DNA of 59,123 bases, filler included, from Fonticula-like sp. SCN 57-25 (Eukaryota), in assembly GCA_001724245.1 (NCBI GenBank). It is 4 parts of 4 records of this genome, joined end to end, with 100 filler letters (N's around TTAATTAATTAA, not from the genome) between each part and the next. Parts side by side here need not be neighbours in the genome. Positions count along the whole stretch, not along the records: positions 1 to 17,452 come from MEDX01000681.1; positions 17,553 to 33,559 come from MEDX01000682.1; 2 more parts are not named here. One strand, given 5' to 3'. The number at the start of each line of letters is the position of its first letter. The stretch's first letter is position 1. Under the pieces are notes generated by a model. It was given only the letters and a program-made list of their open reading frames with translations, ran no database searches and was not told the DNA's origin. Made by a program: the position numbers and the translations under genes. Below are positions 12,544 to 24,686 of this stretch, piece after piece.

Positions 12544-13968
12544 TTACATTGTTTTGATAAGCTTTTTTCCTGTACGCTTCAACTTGTCCTGCGTATCCTC
12601 CACCTTTTCGTTCAAGTCCTCCAGCATCTCGTTCTGCAACGCTACACAAAACATCAGCCACACTCACTCTACCACGTGGCCGCGTACCCAACTCATCCCC
12701 AATAGCAAGTGCCACGTGCTTTGTGCGCTGCACCGACTGCAGCAGCCTATCAAGCGACTTGTCCTGCACGTCGATCGTCTGCTTGGCGAGCTGAAGCAGG
12801 CCGTCATTGTCGTACTTGCGCGTCTCGTCCGTCTCTTCGGGGCCGAAACGGCGCGGCTGGCGACCGCCGGAAGAGGAGGAAGAAGAGCCGCCGCCGCCCG
12901 CGCTGCTGCCAAAGAGGTCGTTGCGGCTGGCAGAGGTGCCGCCGAGGAGGGGGTTCTTGAGCCATGACTCGAGGCGGGTCATCTCGAGCTTGGCTTCAGA
13001 CATCAGATTGCGCCGGCGAAGAAGTTCTTGGTCAGTACTAAGAAAAAGAAAGGGTTAGAGTGAAGAAAAGAGGGGAAAAAGACGGGAAAAGAGGCGAAAA
13101 AGAGGGTGAAAATGGCACAAAACATGACAAGAATCGACTGAAATGCTCCAAAACAGCACCAAAACACACCAAAATGTACCAAAATGTACCACAAAATCAC
13201 ACAAACTACCTCAATCACACACAGACCAACAATACGCAACACCACTGCACTTCAACGCACATGTTGAGCTCCTTGAGAACGTTTGGGCTCTGGAGCGTGG
13301 TGGCGAGCGCCTGGAACTTTGACACGTAGAGCGAGTAGAGTCTCCGCGCCTCGAGCCCGTCGGCGGCGTCATTGTCGCCCTGCCTCAGCAGCTTGTCGCG
13401 GCCTAATATAACGTTAGATCTGCCGCGATGATTCAAGCTCATGCGTACTGGCGAGGTGCGAGCTAATCTTGCCCGCGAGGTTGGACAGCTCGCCGTGCTC
13501 CGACACCCACGTCTCAAAGGAGACGTCGTCGCGCTCGTGCGCCCTCAGCCGCGCGTTCTTCTCGACCTCGAGGAACGAAAAAAGCTCGGGGGCATTGGCG
13601 ATCCGGTCCTCCTTGTTGAGCACGATCGTTTTGAGGTACCGCTCCAGCGCCACGCGGCGGCGCTCAATCACTTCGGGGTTCGAGTTGCCAAACGTGCGCT
13701 TCGGAGGGAACTCGGAGGTCACATGGTACTTGTTGCGCATCTGAAAAGGGGCACATAGTGTTAATCATCACGGGCGGTCGCCATGCGCTCGCGGGGATTC
13801 CCCAGTGCGCACAATAGTATTGAAGGCGTCAAAGTCGCTGTATCTCCGGAAAACGGTCCATAGCTTCTGCTTGGTAGATACCTCTATGGCGTAGACAATG
13901 TGCGCCTCGGGGAGCTTGCGGGTCTCTGCCCGCGTGACGGCCACCGTGTCCAGCGTCCGTGTCGTCAT
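12544..13968 (-). CDS. VAM7: PX-domain soluble Qc-SNARE (Vam7-like), multi-exon
   Basis: N-terminal PX domain (WTVFRRYSDFDAF, FPPKRTFGNSNPEVIERRRVALERYL). C-terminal SNARE motif (QDKSLDRLLQSVQRTKHVALAIGDEL..QNEMLEDLNEKVEDTQDKL) ending at a stop codon with no TM anchor. Confidence 0.8.
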
Positions 13969-14842
13969 GCTTGGTTCAGCGTGCGCCGGCAGAAGAGAGT
14001 CTGACGAACAACAAACATTGACCGTCATCAACGCAATTCTGATGGTCATCAACTGACAACGATCAGCACGTGATGACTTGATGGTCATCAGCGGCGATAA
14101 TCAACAGAAACGTGCCGCTGACCCGGTGCACACAACCAGGAAGTGGGATAGGAAAAATCCAGATTTGAGACCGACCGAAACCGACCATTTTGCAATCCGT
14201 CGTGTCCACTTCAGGGATCAGCCGGTGCGGGATGGCGCACCTGCCCCCGGCGACTGGGCGTCGTTCGTTGTTCTTGCTCCATAGTACGGTACGCCATTTT
14301 ATAGCCATATATAAGGAGGTTTCACGGGCTTACTTTTGTGTTACAGTGACTTCAAATGGGATATGTCACCTATGCTCGTTCGCGATCTGTCGTCCGCGAC
14401 CATCGTTTGTGCGCGGCGCGCCCGATCTCATGAACTTTCAGTTCTAACACCGGGTTTTCTTGGTGTCTTCAAGTGGAGAACCTTTTGGAGTTTATATAAT
14501 TCTAAGGTCGCGTAACTGGATCTTCCCTGGATCCGGAGCTATTCGGCGTGGCGCGCGAGCCTCTGTTAGGTTTAGTCGCCGCCGGCCCGCCGGGTAGTTG
14601 ATGCCGCAAGCCGTCATTTTTACCCGCAAGTACGTCTACCAACGCTACGTTGCGCGCATCCTAATTTTAATATTTGGTGTGTATTAAGTGCCTTTGTGCC
14701 TTTTAGCTCGCGAGAGCGCAGAGCGGCCCATGAGCCGCTGCCCCGAGATCATCGATATTTAGACGTAGTCAAACTGTCAAATGGTGTATTCAAATATTTT
14801 CGGACGTTTTATTAAATAGCGAAGTACTTTATATAACCTAAA

Positions 14843-17452
14843 CTAGTCATTGTTGCGCTTTCTCTTACTTCGTCCCTTTTTGGCTGGCCACGCAACAACG
14901 AGCTTGTTGCGCGTGTCCCACACAATGGCGACGTTGTCACTCGATAGAGGCTTCATGGGGTCGATGAGGGCGAACCCGCCACCTTCCAGCCACTCGGTGT
15001 GGTCACACTCACGTCTCTGGCGGGCCAAGACGCAAACATAGCGGAGGGCCGCCGCCGTCCTTGCGGCCGCCAGCGCGAGCGCCGACGCCGATACTGCGCC
15101 GTAAGGTAGCTCCCCGTTCATAAAGTTGCTAATGTTGTCGTCGACCGGCGTCACCAAGCCGGCGCCCGCGCTTTCCACCAGCGGTCCGATAGTGGCTGCC
15201 TTTTCCAAGTAATTGGTGATGACCTTAACCGGGTCAGGCAGCAATCTCTCCTTATAGTCATTACCTGATATGACGCGCGCGCAGACATACGAAAGCACTC
15301 GAGTGGCGCAACTCCATGAGGCGGGGAGAATGGCGCACACCTGCTTGACAATGTCGTTGATGTTAAAGGTTCGGACCCTAGGTGATCTATTGTGCGAGTC
15401 TCTGAATCTCACGAACCATTCACCTTTCAACGTCCCGTCCGCGTCCATGCGCCGCACGCTCGTCGCGACGGCGATGTCGATCGCGTCCGTGTCCGTTGCC
15501 TCAATGATGGCTGTCTCCCCTGGGTGTGCGAGGAGGCATGCCACGGCGCTCATCTCGGCCTCACCAAACTTGTGTCGCTGTGGGGTCTCCACTCCTTTCT
15601 GGCCGTTGATCATCAGGCGTACAGGGTGAGGGAGGCCCGGGCCGTCAACAATAATGGTACGCCCGCCGGGGTTGCGGGGAGCGTCAGAGCTTACCCACGA
15701 CGCCAGTATCATGCCGATGGCGCGGTCGCGTAGCTGGCGGTTCTTGACGAGTTCGGTCGAGCTTAGGGTCGTGGTGCTGGTCCATCGCTCTCCCATGCGA
15801 GCGGTCGCCACCTGCTGCCGCCCATCTGCGGTTTCTGGTGCTCGTGCTGCCTGCTCAAACCCCTTCGTTGGCGGCACTAGCTCCGGGCGATCCGCGACGA
15901 TGTAGGCCGTAGTGCAGCGGCCGATCAAGCTCTGACACGCTCCCCAAACCTTCTCCTCGAGCATGTGAAAAGCAATCCATTCTTTATCGGGTGCGCTGAG
16001 CAGGCGCATCACTACCTGCGTGAGGTCCACGCTAATGACGGTAGCCGCCACGTCCTGCTTGTTGACGTCCGTCCATTTTTCGAGCACTTGCAGCGTTTTC
16101 CCCTTTTCCGCCCGGATGGGTGCCCCGTCGGTCATGGCGAACTGTAGTGGGAACGAAAGCGCTGCGTCTGCGGCGGCGTTGAGAAGAAGGCGTGCTTGTT
16201 CGTCGTTGCCTTCCTCCAACGATTCGGCAGCTGACGCGATGCTCCGCTGCACTTTCTGAAGCTTTGTTTCGGCGCTCCTTGTCTTTGTCTTGCGTTGCTC
16301 CTTGACATACACAACGTTGGGAAGCGAGGAAGCCCCGCGGCCCTTCGTTATCGGGTTAGCTGCGTGCAGCTGGTCGATGTACTGTTCCTGCAGCCGCTTG
16401 CGTCCCGACTCCAGCAAGCCGCTCAAGCGAGCACGCGTGGTGCTGTTCTGCATTCCGGTAGCGCTCCGGAAAAGTGGGTCTTTGAGCGCTTCTTCGGGTG
16501 TGAGACGGCAGACTGAAACAAGCCGATCGACAAGTTGGCTAACCGCGCCGTCGTATTTGTCTTTGTCTTCCCCCTTTGATACACGGTCCTTGAAGCCGAG
16601 GGCTTCTTCCGCTCGATCGGCTTGCGCCGCCAGCACTTGTGCCGTCGCAATGTGGGTGCGCAAGGCGTCGTCCGACATTTGAGTTGACCACGCGGACTGT
16701 TTGAGGTACCGTACACCCATTGTCTCTAGCCCCTCGTCCATGGCGACCGCGTGGCCAGGTCGCATGCCAGTGCCGTCCAGTCGAAAGGGCCGCTTCTCAT
16801 TCAGGAACTGCACACTCACCAGGGCGTATGGATACCGACCCAGATCGGCAAAGACGGCGGCCAGTGCGCGCGCGGCAAGTAGCTGCAGCTCCTCGTTTGC
16901 CTCTCGGATGCCGTGATGGAGAGCCACAGCGAAGCAGGTCAGCTCGCAGAGGTGCACGAGAGCGTGTTGGACGGCATGGTCTTGTGTCGCAGTCTTAAGA
17001 CCCGCGAATGTCTTCTCCGCCGGGTGGAGCCGACAGAGGGCCGACAGGCACGCTTGAGCGAGCAATCTTATGGTGCGCGTCGTAGCCTTTGCGTTCGTGC
17101 CCTCGTGCAGTTTGTCAAAGTGTGAAACGCCAAGGCAGCTCGCCATCGCGTACAGGCCAAACGAAGACCAGGCATGTATCACTGCGCGGTTTGCGGCGTT
17201 GAGAAAGTGCCACATGCCCGGTACGAGGAGCACGCGGGACATGTTTGACCTGGCAACAATCTTTTGTGCCCGTGCGTATATCGACTGGTCGCACACCACC
17301 TGCACCGTGCTGCTGCTCGACCGGCGCAAAAAGTCCTCCAGCGCCGCCTTGATGCCGACATCGGTCGTCGCCGTTCCCTCGACGCAGGGCAAGATGTGGG
17401 CCCTGAACGCCGGAGGCGTACAGCGGACTTCCTCCCGAAGCCGCTGCATGGC
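14843..17452 (-). mobile_element. Academ-type (AcademX-like) DNA transposon ORF: transposase plus XPG/FEN1-like nuclease; 5' end cut by the gap
   Basis: Intronless ORF of at least 868 aa. Transposase-like motifs: VCDQSIYARA, LVPGMWHFLNA, DLGRYPYA, AMDEGLE. XPG/PIN-like motifs: GEAE, ATDTD, SGNDY. Confidence 0.7.
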
Positions 17453-17552
17453 NNNNNNNNNNNNNNNNNNNNNNNNNNNNNNNNNNNNNNNNNNNNTTAA
17501 TTAATTAANNNNNNNNNNNNNNNNNNNNNNNNNNNNNNNNNNNNNNNNNNNN
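17453..17552. other. Artificial contig spacer
   Basis: N-run containing TTAATTAATTAA (stops in all six frames). Confidence 0.97.
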
Positions 17553-18479
17553 TGGTGAATCCCGATCTCGCTCCCATCGGGTCGTTGCGCACGTACAACG
17601 TCGTCAACGAGATGTCGATGTACGTGGAGTACATGGTGAGCTGCGTGGCGAGTGAGAAGAAGGCGGCAAGTTTCTGGGGGCGGCGGATCGATGGGAGAGC
17701 CTGTCGCCTGCCGCAGCACTGTCGCGGTCCGAACGCAAGGACATGGCTCAGGCCGGCACTGACCTCATGCTTGCCATTTTCCTCATTCTTTACCCGCCGC
17801 AGCGAAGAGAAACCCATATATACGGCGTAGCGGAGCGTCGCGCGTGTGGCGGCCCTCGGCATCAAAGGAGCGGCGTGCGTGTCGAGGGACTAGTGCCCTT
17901 CTGCATCAGAGGGTCGTGCGTGTCGAGCCCTTCTGCATCAAATCTCAAATTGAAAAGAGCCTAAAAAAAAAATTCCGAGTCAACTAAACGAGCTTTCATC
18001 AAATTCATGATTTTATGGGGCGGCGGCGTACTGTCGTTGAAGCCTTGCGCCATCATTAGCGGTGCTTAGAGAGGCATCATGGCAAAAGACGAGGGAAAGA
18101 AAGAAAGACATCCGATTTGATTGGCTCACACAAATTTACAAAAGTCACCCATGATTTCACCCCTGATTTTCAGTTTTCCGGACTACGGGCTTCAACGTCA
18201 ACTGCAGATCCTGCGATGGAGGAATGAATTCAAAATCAAGTCAAAGGTCTCATAGATGAGGTATCCGTCATAATGATCACGCGTCCTGCGGCCTTGCACT
18301 AGCGATGGTGCACACGCGATGGTGCTGGCAGGACTCGGGCAACTCAAAAATTGGTGCTGTGTTGCAAAGTCGCTGTTGAGACGATTCTCCAAACCACCCA
18401 AGATTCTGCCCCTGTTTTGGCTTGGCAGGCACTCTAGTCGACGCCTGATTCTGCCCCTGATTCTGTCCCTGATTCCTCA

Positions 18480-20642
18480 ATGGAAGGTCTGCGCGCCCTG
18501 TGGCGGGGCGCCAATGCCGGGAGCGCGGACGTGGACGGGCCTGGCGGCGGCGCCGACGTGGAGGACGAAACGGACGATCACGGTGGCCTTGTTTCCGGCA
18601 GCTTTGATCCGCCGCGCTTTTCCTCCGCGGAGGGTGCGACGTCGGACAATGACGATGACCTTGATGTCGAGGACGGCGACGCGCACCACTGGGAGCGGAT
18701 TCGCATGATTGCAGAGGCACCGGCGGCGGATTACCAGTCTTCTTCTTCTCTTTCTTCTCCAAGTGGCCCCGTTCAGCCGCTTCTTCCCGCCCGCCCCTCG
18801 TGGCACAGCCGCTCGCCGAACGAATCGGCCCTCATGAGCGCGCTCGCCGCGAACGATGCCGCGCGGCTTCAGCTTCGCCGCGTTCTCCAGCACGTGGAAG
18901 CCGCCCTGCACGACACGCACGCCGCGCAGCAGCACATTCGCACGGCCGTCACGGACGAGTTCCGGGCGCATCTTACGTTGAGGGCCGACTATCTGTCGCG
19001 ATCAATTGGCCCAAACTACTTTGTCGGCGTTGACGCGAGCACGCCTGCTCCCAACGTCGACTGCGACCCGCGCCACCACCGCGCGCCGAGCATGCACCAC
19101 ACGCTTCCGATGCGCTGGCTCCCCGACGACTGCGCGAGGCTCGCGCGCGGCGTCCAGCAGCAGAACCAGCTCGCCCTTCTTGCCGGCATCAATGCCAAGT
19201 ACGCGCCTGCCTGTCTTCCCCTACACCGCTCACCTTGTGCCCAGGATGGTCGCGCTTGAGCAGCAGATACCCGACGCGGCGCAGCGCGTCGCGTGTCCCG
19301 AATTCGGCGAGCTTCGCAAGGAGATGGACCGCGTGCAGAGCATGACACCCCGCGAGCTCGAGCTCGGCACGCACGGCCTCGACTGGTCGCTCCTCAGCCA
19401 GCGCTTTGTGCGCCTCCTTGTGCCGTTTCCTTTCCACTGACACTTTTTTCTCAGCTTCCCGACCGCACGCCCGACGAGTGCCGCATGCAGTGGCTGTCTG
19501 TTCAGCACCCTTCCGTGAACCACAGCGAGTGGACTGCCGACGAGGACGCGCGTCTCATCTTGCTCGCTCATGAACATCACGAGCGCGACTGGGCGCTGAT
19601 TGCGCGCGAGCTCGGGACGGGCCGCAGCGCGCTGCAGTGCCTCGAGCGGCACCGCGTCAAGCACTCTGGTCAGGTTCGCACGCGCTGGACTGTCCAGGAA
19701 GACGCGCGGCTACGCGAAGCCGTGCGGCGTTTCGGCGAAAAAAACTGGCAGCAGGTGGCGAACGCGCTCGAGGGCCGCTCTGGGCAGTCGTGTCTTCACC
19801 GCTGGCAAAAAGCGCTTCACCCGCTGATTGTGCGCGGTCGCTGGCGGCCGGAGGAGGACGAGCGGTTGCGGGAGGCCGTGCAGCTGTACGGCCCGCAAAA
19901 CTGGGTCAACGTTCAGCGGCTCGTGCAGGGCCGCACCGACGTGCAGTGCCGCGAGCGCTGGATAAACGTGCTCGACCCGGCGCTCAACGCGGGGCCGTGG
20001 ACGCCGGAAGAGGACAAGCGCATTATCGAGCTCGTCGAAAAGTACGGCGCGGGAAAGTGGTCCGAGATTGCAAAGGAAATGCCAAGCAGGAACGACAATA
20101 TTATTTGGAGGCGGTGGAAGCGGCTCATTAGGGACTCGCAGCAGGTGTTTTCAGACTATAATGTGTTTAGGCGGGCGAGGGTCGGCGGCGACAGGTCGGA
20201 AAGGCGCGAGGTCAGGTACACTAGGGACGTTTCGGCGGCGGAATGCCTCCAGGACGCGCTCGCGGCCGTACGTTATTATTTATGTATGTGTTTCCCGCCA
20301 CTGACGTGCCCGAAATAGAACTTTAAAGGCGCGCGCGGCGAAAACACGTCTCGCGTCGTGTCGCAGCGGTTTCGACCGCTGCCGCCGACCGACATTACCT
20401 GCGAGGCGTTCAAGGCGACCGCGGCCGCGTGCGGGCTTAAGGACGGCGTCGAGATTAATGCTTCGTACACGCACAAGCCCGCCGCGGACGAGCGGTATGC
20501 GCTGTTTCAGCAGCGCTTCCGGACAATTATGTTGTGGCCGGCGCTGCTCGGGACAACGCCGGCGCCTCCACTAGACGAGGAAGGTGAAGAAGAGTCGCCG
20601 TCAAAGAAGAGAAAAGTGGACAAGGTGTACACCGACAAGTAA
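18480..20642 (+). CDS. SNAPC4: SNAPC4/SNAP190-like multi-Myb-repeat protein, multi-exon
   Basis: Four and a half tandem Myb repeats (WTADEDARL, WTVQEDARLREAV, WRPEEDERLREAV, WTPEEDKRIIELV), with GRTDVQCRERWINVLDP. Confidence 0.8.
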
Positions 20643-20810
20643 GCTTAGGTTTGTATAATTTTTGTACACTATTATGGAATGTATCATTAGCGCATTGTGT
20701 CTTGAACATTAAATGCTCTGTTTTATTTTACATTTGTCATGCTTCGGCATGCACGCGACATGCGCCCGCTCTGTGCCCCGTTCGCTCAAACGCTGACTGA
20801 TCACGTGGCC

Positions 20811-21941
20811 ATGTCATCGCTGGCCGCCGTGCGGGCAAAGTACCTGCTCGGGATCCCCTTGACGGCGGACGATCTTGCGGCTGCTGTCGACCAGGACGCG
20901 TTTGTGGAACAGGTTCTTTTGCATGACGTGGCTGTGCGCTTTCCGCCGCGCGCTTCTTCGCGCAAGCGTGCCCTCCGCGCCATCATTGATGCGGTCGAAT
21001 CTCGCCTCGAGGTGCGAGTCAATGTCGCGTGCATTGGCGCTAAACAACACTTTTAGGAAGTGAACGACACGCTTTATAGCGCATACATTGAACTTGTTGC
21101 TCAGCCGACGGACGCCGACGCCTTTCGTACAGTCACCCTTCAGCATGATCCCTTTGTGGGCGTCTCGACGCCCGACACGGGAGCCATGATCTCGCACGGC
21201 ACGACCGGCCTCTCGCTGTGGACCGCCGGCTACGCCCTTGCCGACCTGCTCATCCAGCAGCGCGATTGGGTTCGCGGCCGCCGCGTCGTCGAGCTCGGCG
21301 CCGGGCTCGGGCTCGCTGGCATGGCCGCCGCATATGGTCCGCATTCATCTCCAATTTTTGGTAGCTGCTCACACGTGCTTGCAGCCGGCGCGCAGAGCGT
21401 CGTGCTCACGGACGGACACGACAAGGTGTTCGAGGCACTCGGCCGCGCCGTCGAACTGAGTATGTTTTTTATTTGATAATATGTCGCTGATCCCCCTGCA
21501 GATCGCCCCTTTGCGTGCCCCGTGTCTGCCGCGTGGCTCGACTGGGCGCACTTTGACAAGCCGCGCGACATTGACGCCGACATCCTCATTGGCGCCGACC
21601 TTGTGCGGCATTCATTTTCTTGTTTTGCTTTTGCTAACGCGAGCCCAGGTGTTTGAGGAGAATATGGTGCGACAGCTCGCGCTCACGCTCGCGAGCTGGC
21701 TGCCGAGCGTGCCGCACGGCGCACTCATCGCGTCCACGCGGCGGCGCGACGAAACATACGCATTTTTCCTTTCCCTTGCGTGTACGTCGCTTTTCTGCTT
21801 GAAAATATCACTAAAAATGGTCTAAAAGGCGATAATGGGCTGCGCGTCGAGGAGCTGCCGGTGCCCGCTGGCCTCGGCGACCGCTTCTTTTGCACGCCAG
21901 AAGCGCCCATCGCGCTCGCACACATCACGGCAGCGCTTTAG
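20811..21941 (+). CDS. EEF2KMT: Protein-lysine methyltransferase, EEF2KMT/FAM86 family, multi-exon
   Basis: ISHGTTGLSLWTAGYALAD, VVELGAGLGLAG, VVLTDGH, LDW and DILIGADL motifs, plus a FAM86-like N-terminus. Confidence 0.8.
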
Positions 21942-22043
21942 TTCATTCGTGTAATATATTATTCAACACTACTAATACAAATGTATGTACAAAAAAGCGC
22001 CTTTTATGACAAAATCGCGCAAAATCACACCAAAAAACACACT

Positions 22044-24588
22044 TTAAATGGCGTGCTCGAGCATGTCATTTTGTTCAAAGTAGCTTGAAATATGCCTGTA
22101 CGCCGCCACCTCCTGCAGCGACGCGCACACCTCTTTTGCGCTGCTAATGTGCGCGCCGAGGCACTCTGGCCGGTACACGACTCCCTCCGCGAGCACGAGC
22201 AACGCCATCGACGCGAGCGGGTGAAATTGCCTCAGCTGCACGCTGTTCATGATTGGCCCGCCCGGCAGCTGCGCATTCACGTGCTGCACAACTTCCCACG
22301 GCGACGTGGCGCGTCCGCGCAGCTCGCGCGACACAAACAAACTCTGCGCCGCGTCCATCCACGCGTCGCTCTCGGCCGGCTCGGCGTCATCGTCGTGCAG
22401 CGCCGCGCGCCGCAGCGACGCAAACGCAAGCCGCATCGCGTGCGAGTCGGGCGCGCGCTCACCACACTCGCCCCAAAGACTCTTGTAGTGCACAAAAGCT
22501 GATGGCATGTATCAGTAAAAATTTATAAAAAAAAGAAAAAAGCGTACTGGGCCACGCAGTGTGAAGCGCCGATGACGTCAGCAGCATCATGTCGCGGACG
22601 ACGGCTGGCTCGACGCGTCCCGGCGTCGTGCGCGCCATTTCAATAAACTTTTTCGGGACGCTTCCCGACGGCGTCGCGAGCCCCTTTAACGACGCCGCGA
22701 CGACCGCGCGGCTCCCGCGGATCGACGCGAGCGCCTCGCGGTACTCGGCGTACGCACGCACACCTTCATCCACGTGACGGCTGTGTGCGCAGAGGTTGAC
22801 CATGGTGCGCTGCAAGAGGACGCGCGCGAGGGCAAAGTGCTGGCCAAAGGACTCTGTCGCGCGGGAAAGCAGGTCGCGGCGCATCGCGTACGAGCCAGAG
22901 CGCGAGCAAGCGCGCATCAGAGAACAGTACGCAAAAACGCTCGGCTCGGCAGAGGCGGCGCTCAGCGCGCGGACAGACGAAACGACTTCGGTCATCGAGG
23001 TGCAGTTCATGATGAGCGCAGAGTACAGGGCGGGGCTGAGGGGGCGAGAGCGAATCGCCATGGGGAGCTCGCGGTCAAGATGCTGGCGGTCGCCTTGCGA
23101 AGCGCACATTACTAGGAATAATACATACGAAACATCATCCGGTTCAATCCCATTCGACCGCATGATACTCAAAATTTTCTATTGTACTGTTAGAAACCAA
23201 ACAAAAAGGCAAGTGAAAACGAACCTGGGCGTCGTCCACGCGGCCGCCGGTTACTTTGGTGCAGTATAGGAGCGCATTGCTTACGTAAACGTCGTGACGC
23301 ATGCCGCGTGTCGTGAGGTCGCGTGCCAGCTGCACCGCGTACGCCATTCTATACTCATGTCAGCAAAATAAAATTCATTTATTCGTGCGTACCCTCGGTC
23401 GGGCGCGTGAGCGCCGAGCCTGATTGCCGCCTCGTAGACGCCGGGTGTTGCGGGGCGGTCGAGCGCCCGCCACGCGTCAAAAAAGGCCGTGCCGAGCGCG
23501 TACTGCTCGCGCACCATAAGGAGCCGCATGACGCGGTGAACGGCCAGCCAGCCAGCGGGAACGCCCGACTCTTCCATGAGCGCCAAAAGAGAAAATACGG
23601 GGGTGGCCTCGTGGTCGCCTGATGATGTCAGCAGGCGCATCCAGTCGTCGTGGTGCGCCTCGGTGGCGGCACGGGGGGCGCGAAGGTTGGCCTTGAGGGC
23701 CGCCACGTACGGCGCAAGGTCAAATTCGCCGCCGGGAATGACGGCGTCGGGCATCTGCGTGGCGCGCGCGAGCAGCGCGTTAAAGAGCTTGGGCGACGGC
23801 CGAACGCGAAAGTGGAGCATGCGCTCGAAAGCGCGAAGAGAGAGCGAGTACGACTCAGAGTCGAGCAGGGAAGGGATGAGAAGAGCATAATAGTCGGAGG
23901 TGGGGAACGCGTGGTAGCGATGATGCAGCTGCATCGTCGCCATGCTCGCGTCCACAAGCGAGTACAAGTGGTGGGGGGAAAGACCGACCTTGATGCCGCA
24001 TCGAAGGGCGTTGGCAAGATCACCGCCGTACAGGATGCCGTACGGTGAAACGCGGCGCTTGTCGGCGGCATCGGGCATCAACAGATAGGGATGAACGAGA
24101 TCAAGCAACTCGCCGGCATCGCGGCACTGAAGCACAGCGACGCTAAAGGCGCTGCCACCATACGAGGTCGCCTGGCGCTTCGGCTCTAAAAAGTTGGGGG
24201 CAGGCTGCGGCTGCACCTCAACCTGGCGATCCTGCGGCGTACGCTTGAGAAACTGCGGGCGCGCTGGAAGCGGCCGATCAGGCTGCCGCGAAGCAAAAGT
24301 CGGCGCGCTTAGCGTCTTTTCATTAGCAGTGCGCGCAAGGCTGCCTCCCAGCGGCGCGGCGCTCTGCGGCATTTTCGGCACGGCGGCCAGCGTGCCGTAC
24401 GCACGCGACGATGCGCCATGCCACGCCTTCGAAGAATACTGCAGAAAAACGCCACGCGATGAAGCGGATGACGAGGTCCGCCTCTTATTTGCGGCGAGCG
24501 TCGTCACGGCCGCGGAAGCGACGAGCTGCACCTGGTGCGCCACAGCGGGCGCCTCGAGCCCGCTCGGCTCGTACACGCACAGCGGCAT
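22044..24588 (-). CDS. Pentatricopeptide-repeat (PPR)-like protein, multi-exon
   Basis: PPR-like units: PSPKLFNALLAR, DVYVSNALL, MRSNGIEPDDVSY, PSVFAYCSLMRACSRSG. The start codon is uncertain. Confidence 0.65.
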
Positions 24589-24686
24589 TGGAAACACAGG
24601 ATCTGCCGCCTCGTGTCACGATTGACTCTGATTGCTGATTGGATGCTTCAAATTGACAAATTGTACAAAAATGGAATGATGCAAAC

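Noticed and set aside
17497-17508. TTAATTAATTAA palindrome inside N-runs (also at about 33604 and 49927)
   Set aside because: Artificial six-frame-stop linker between contigs, not biological.
17553-17964. Coding-like fragment at the start of contig 2 (possible transposase tail)
   Set aside because: Too short, with no convincing motif.
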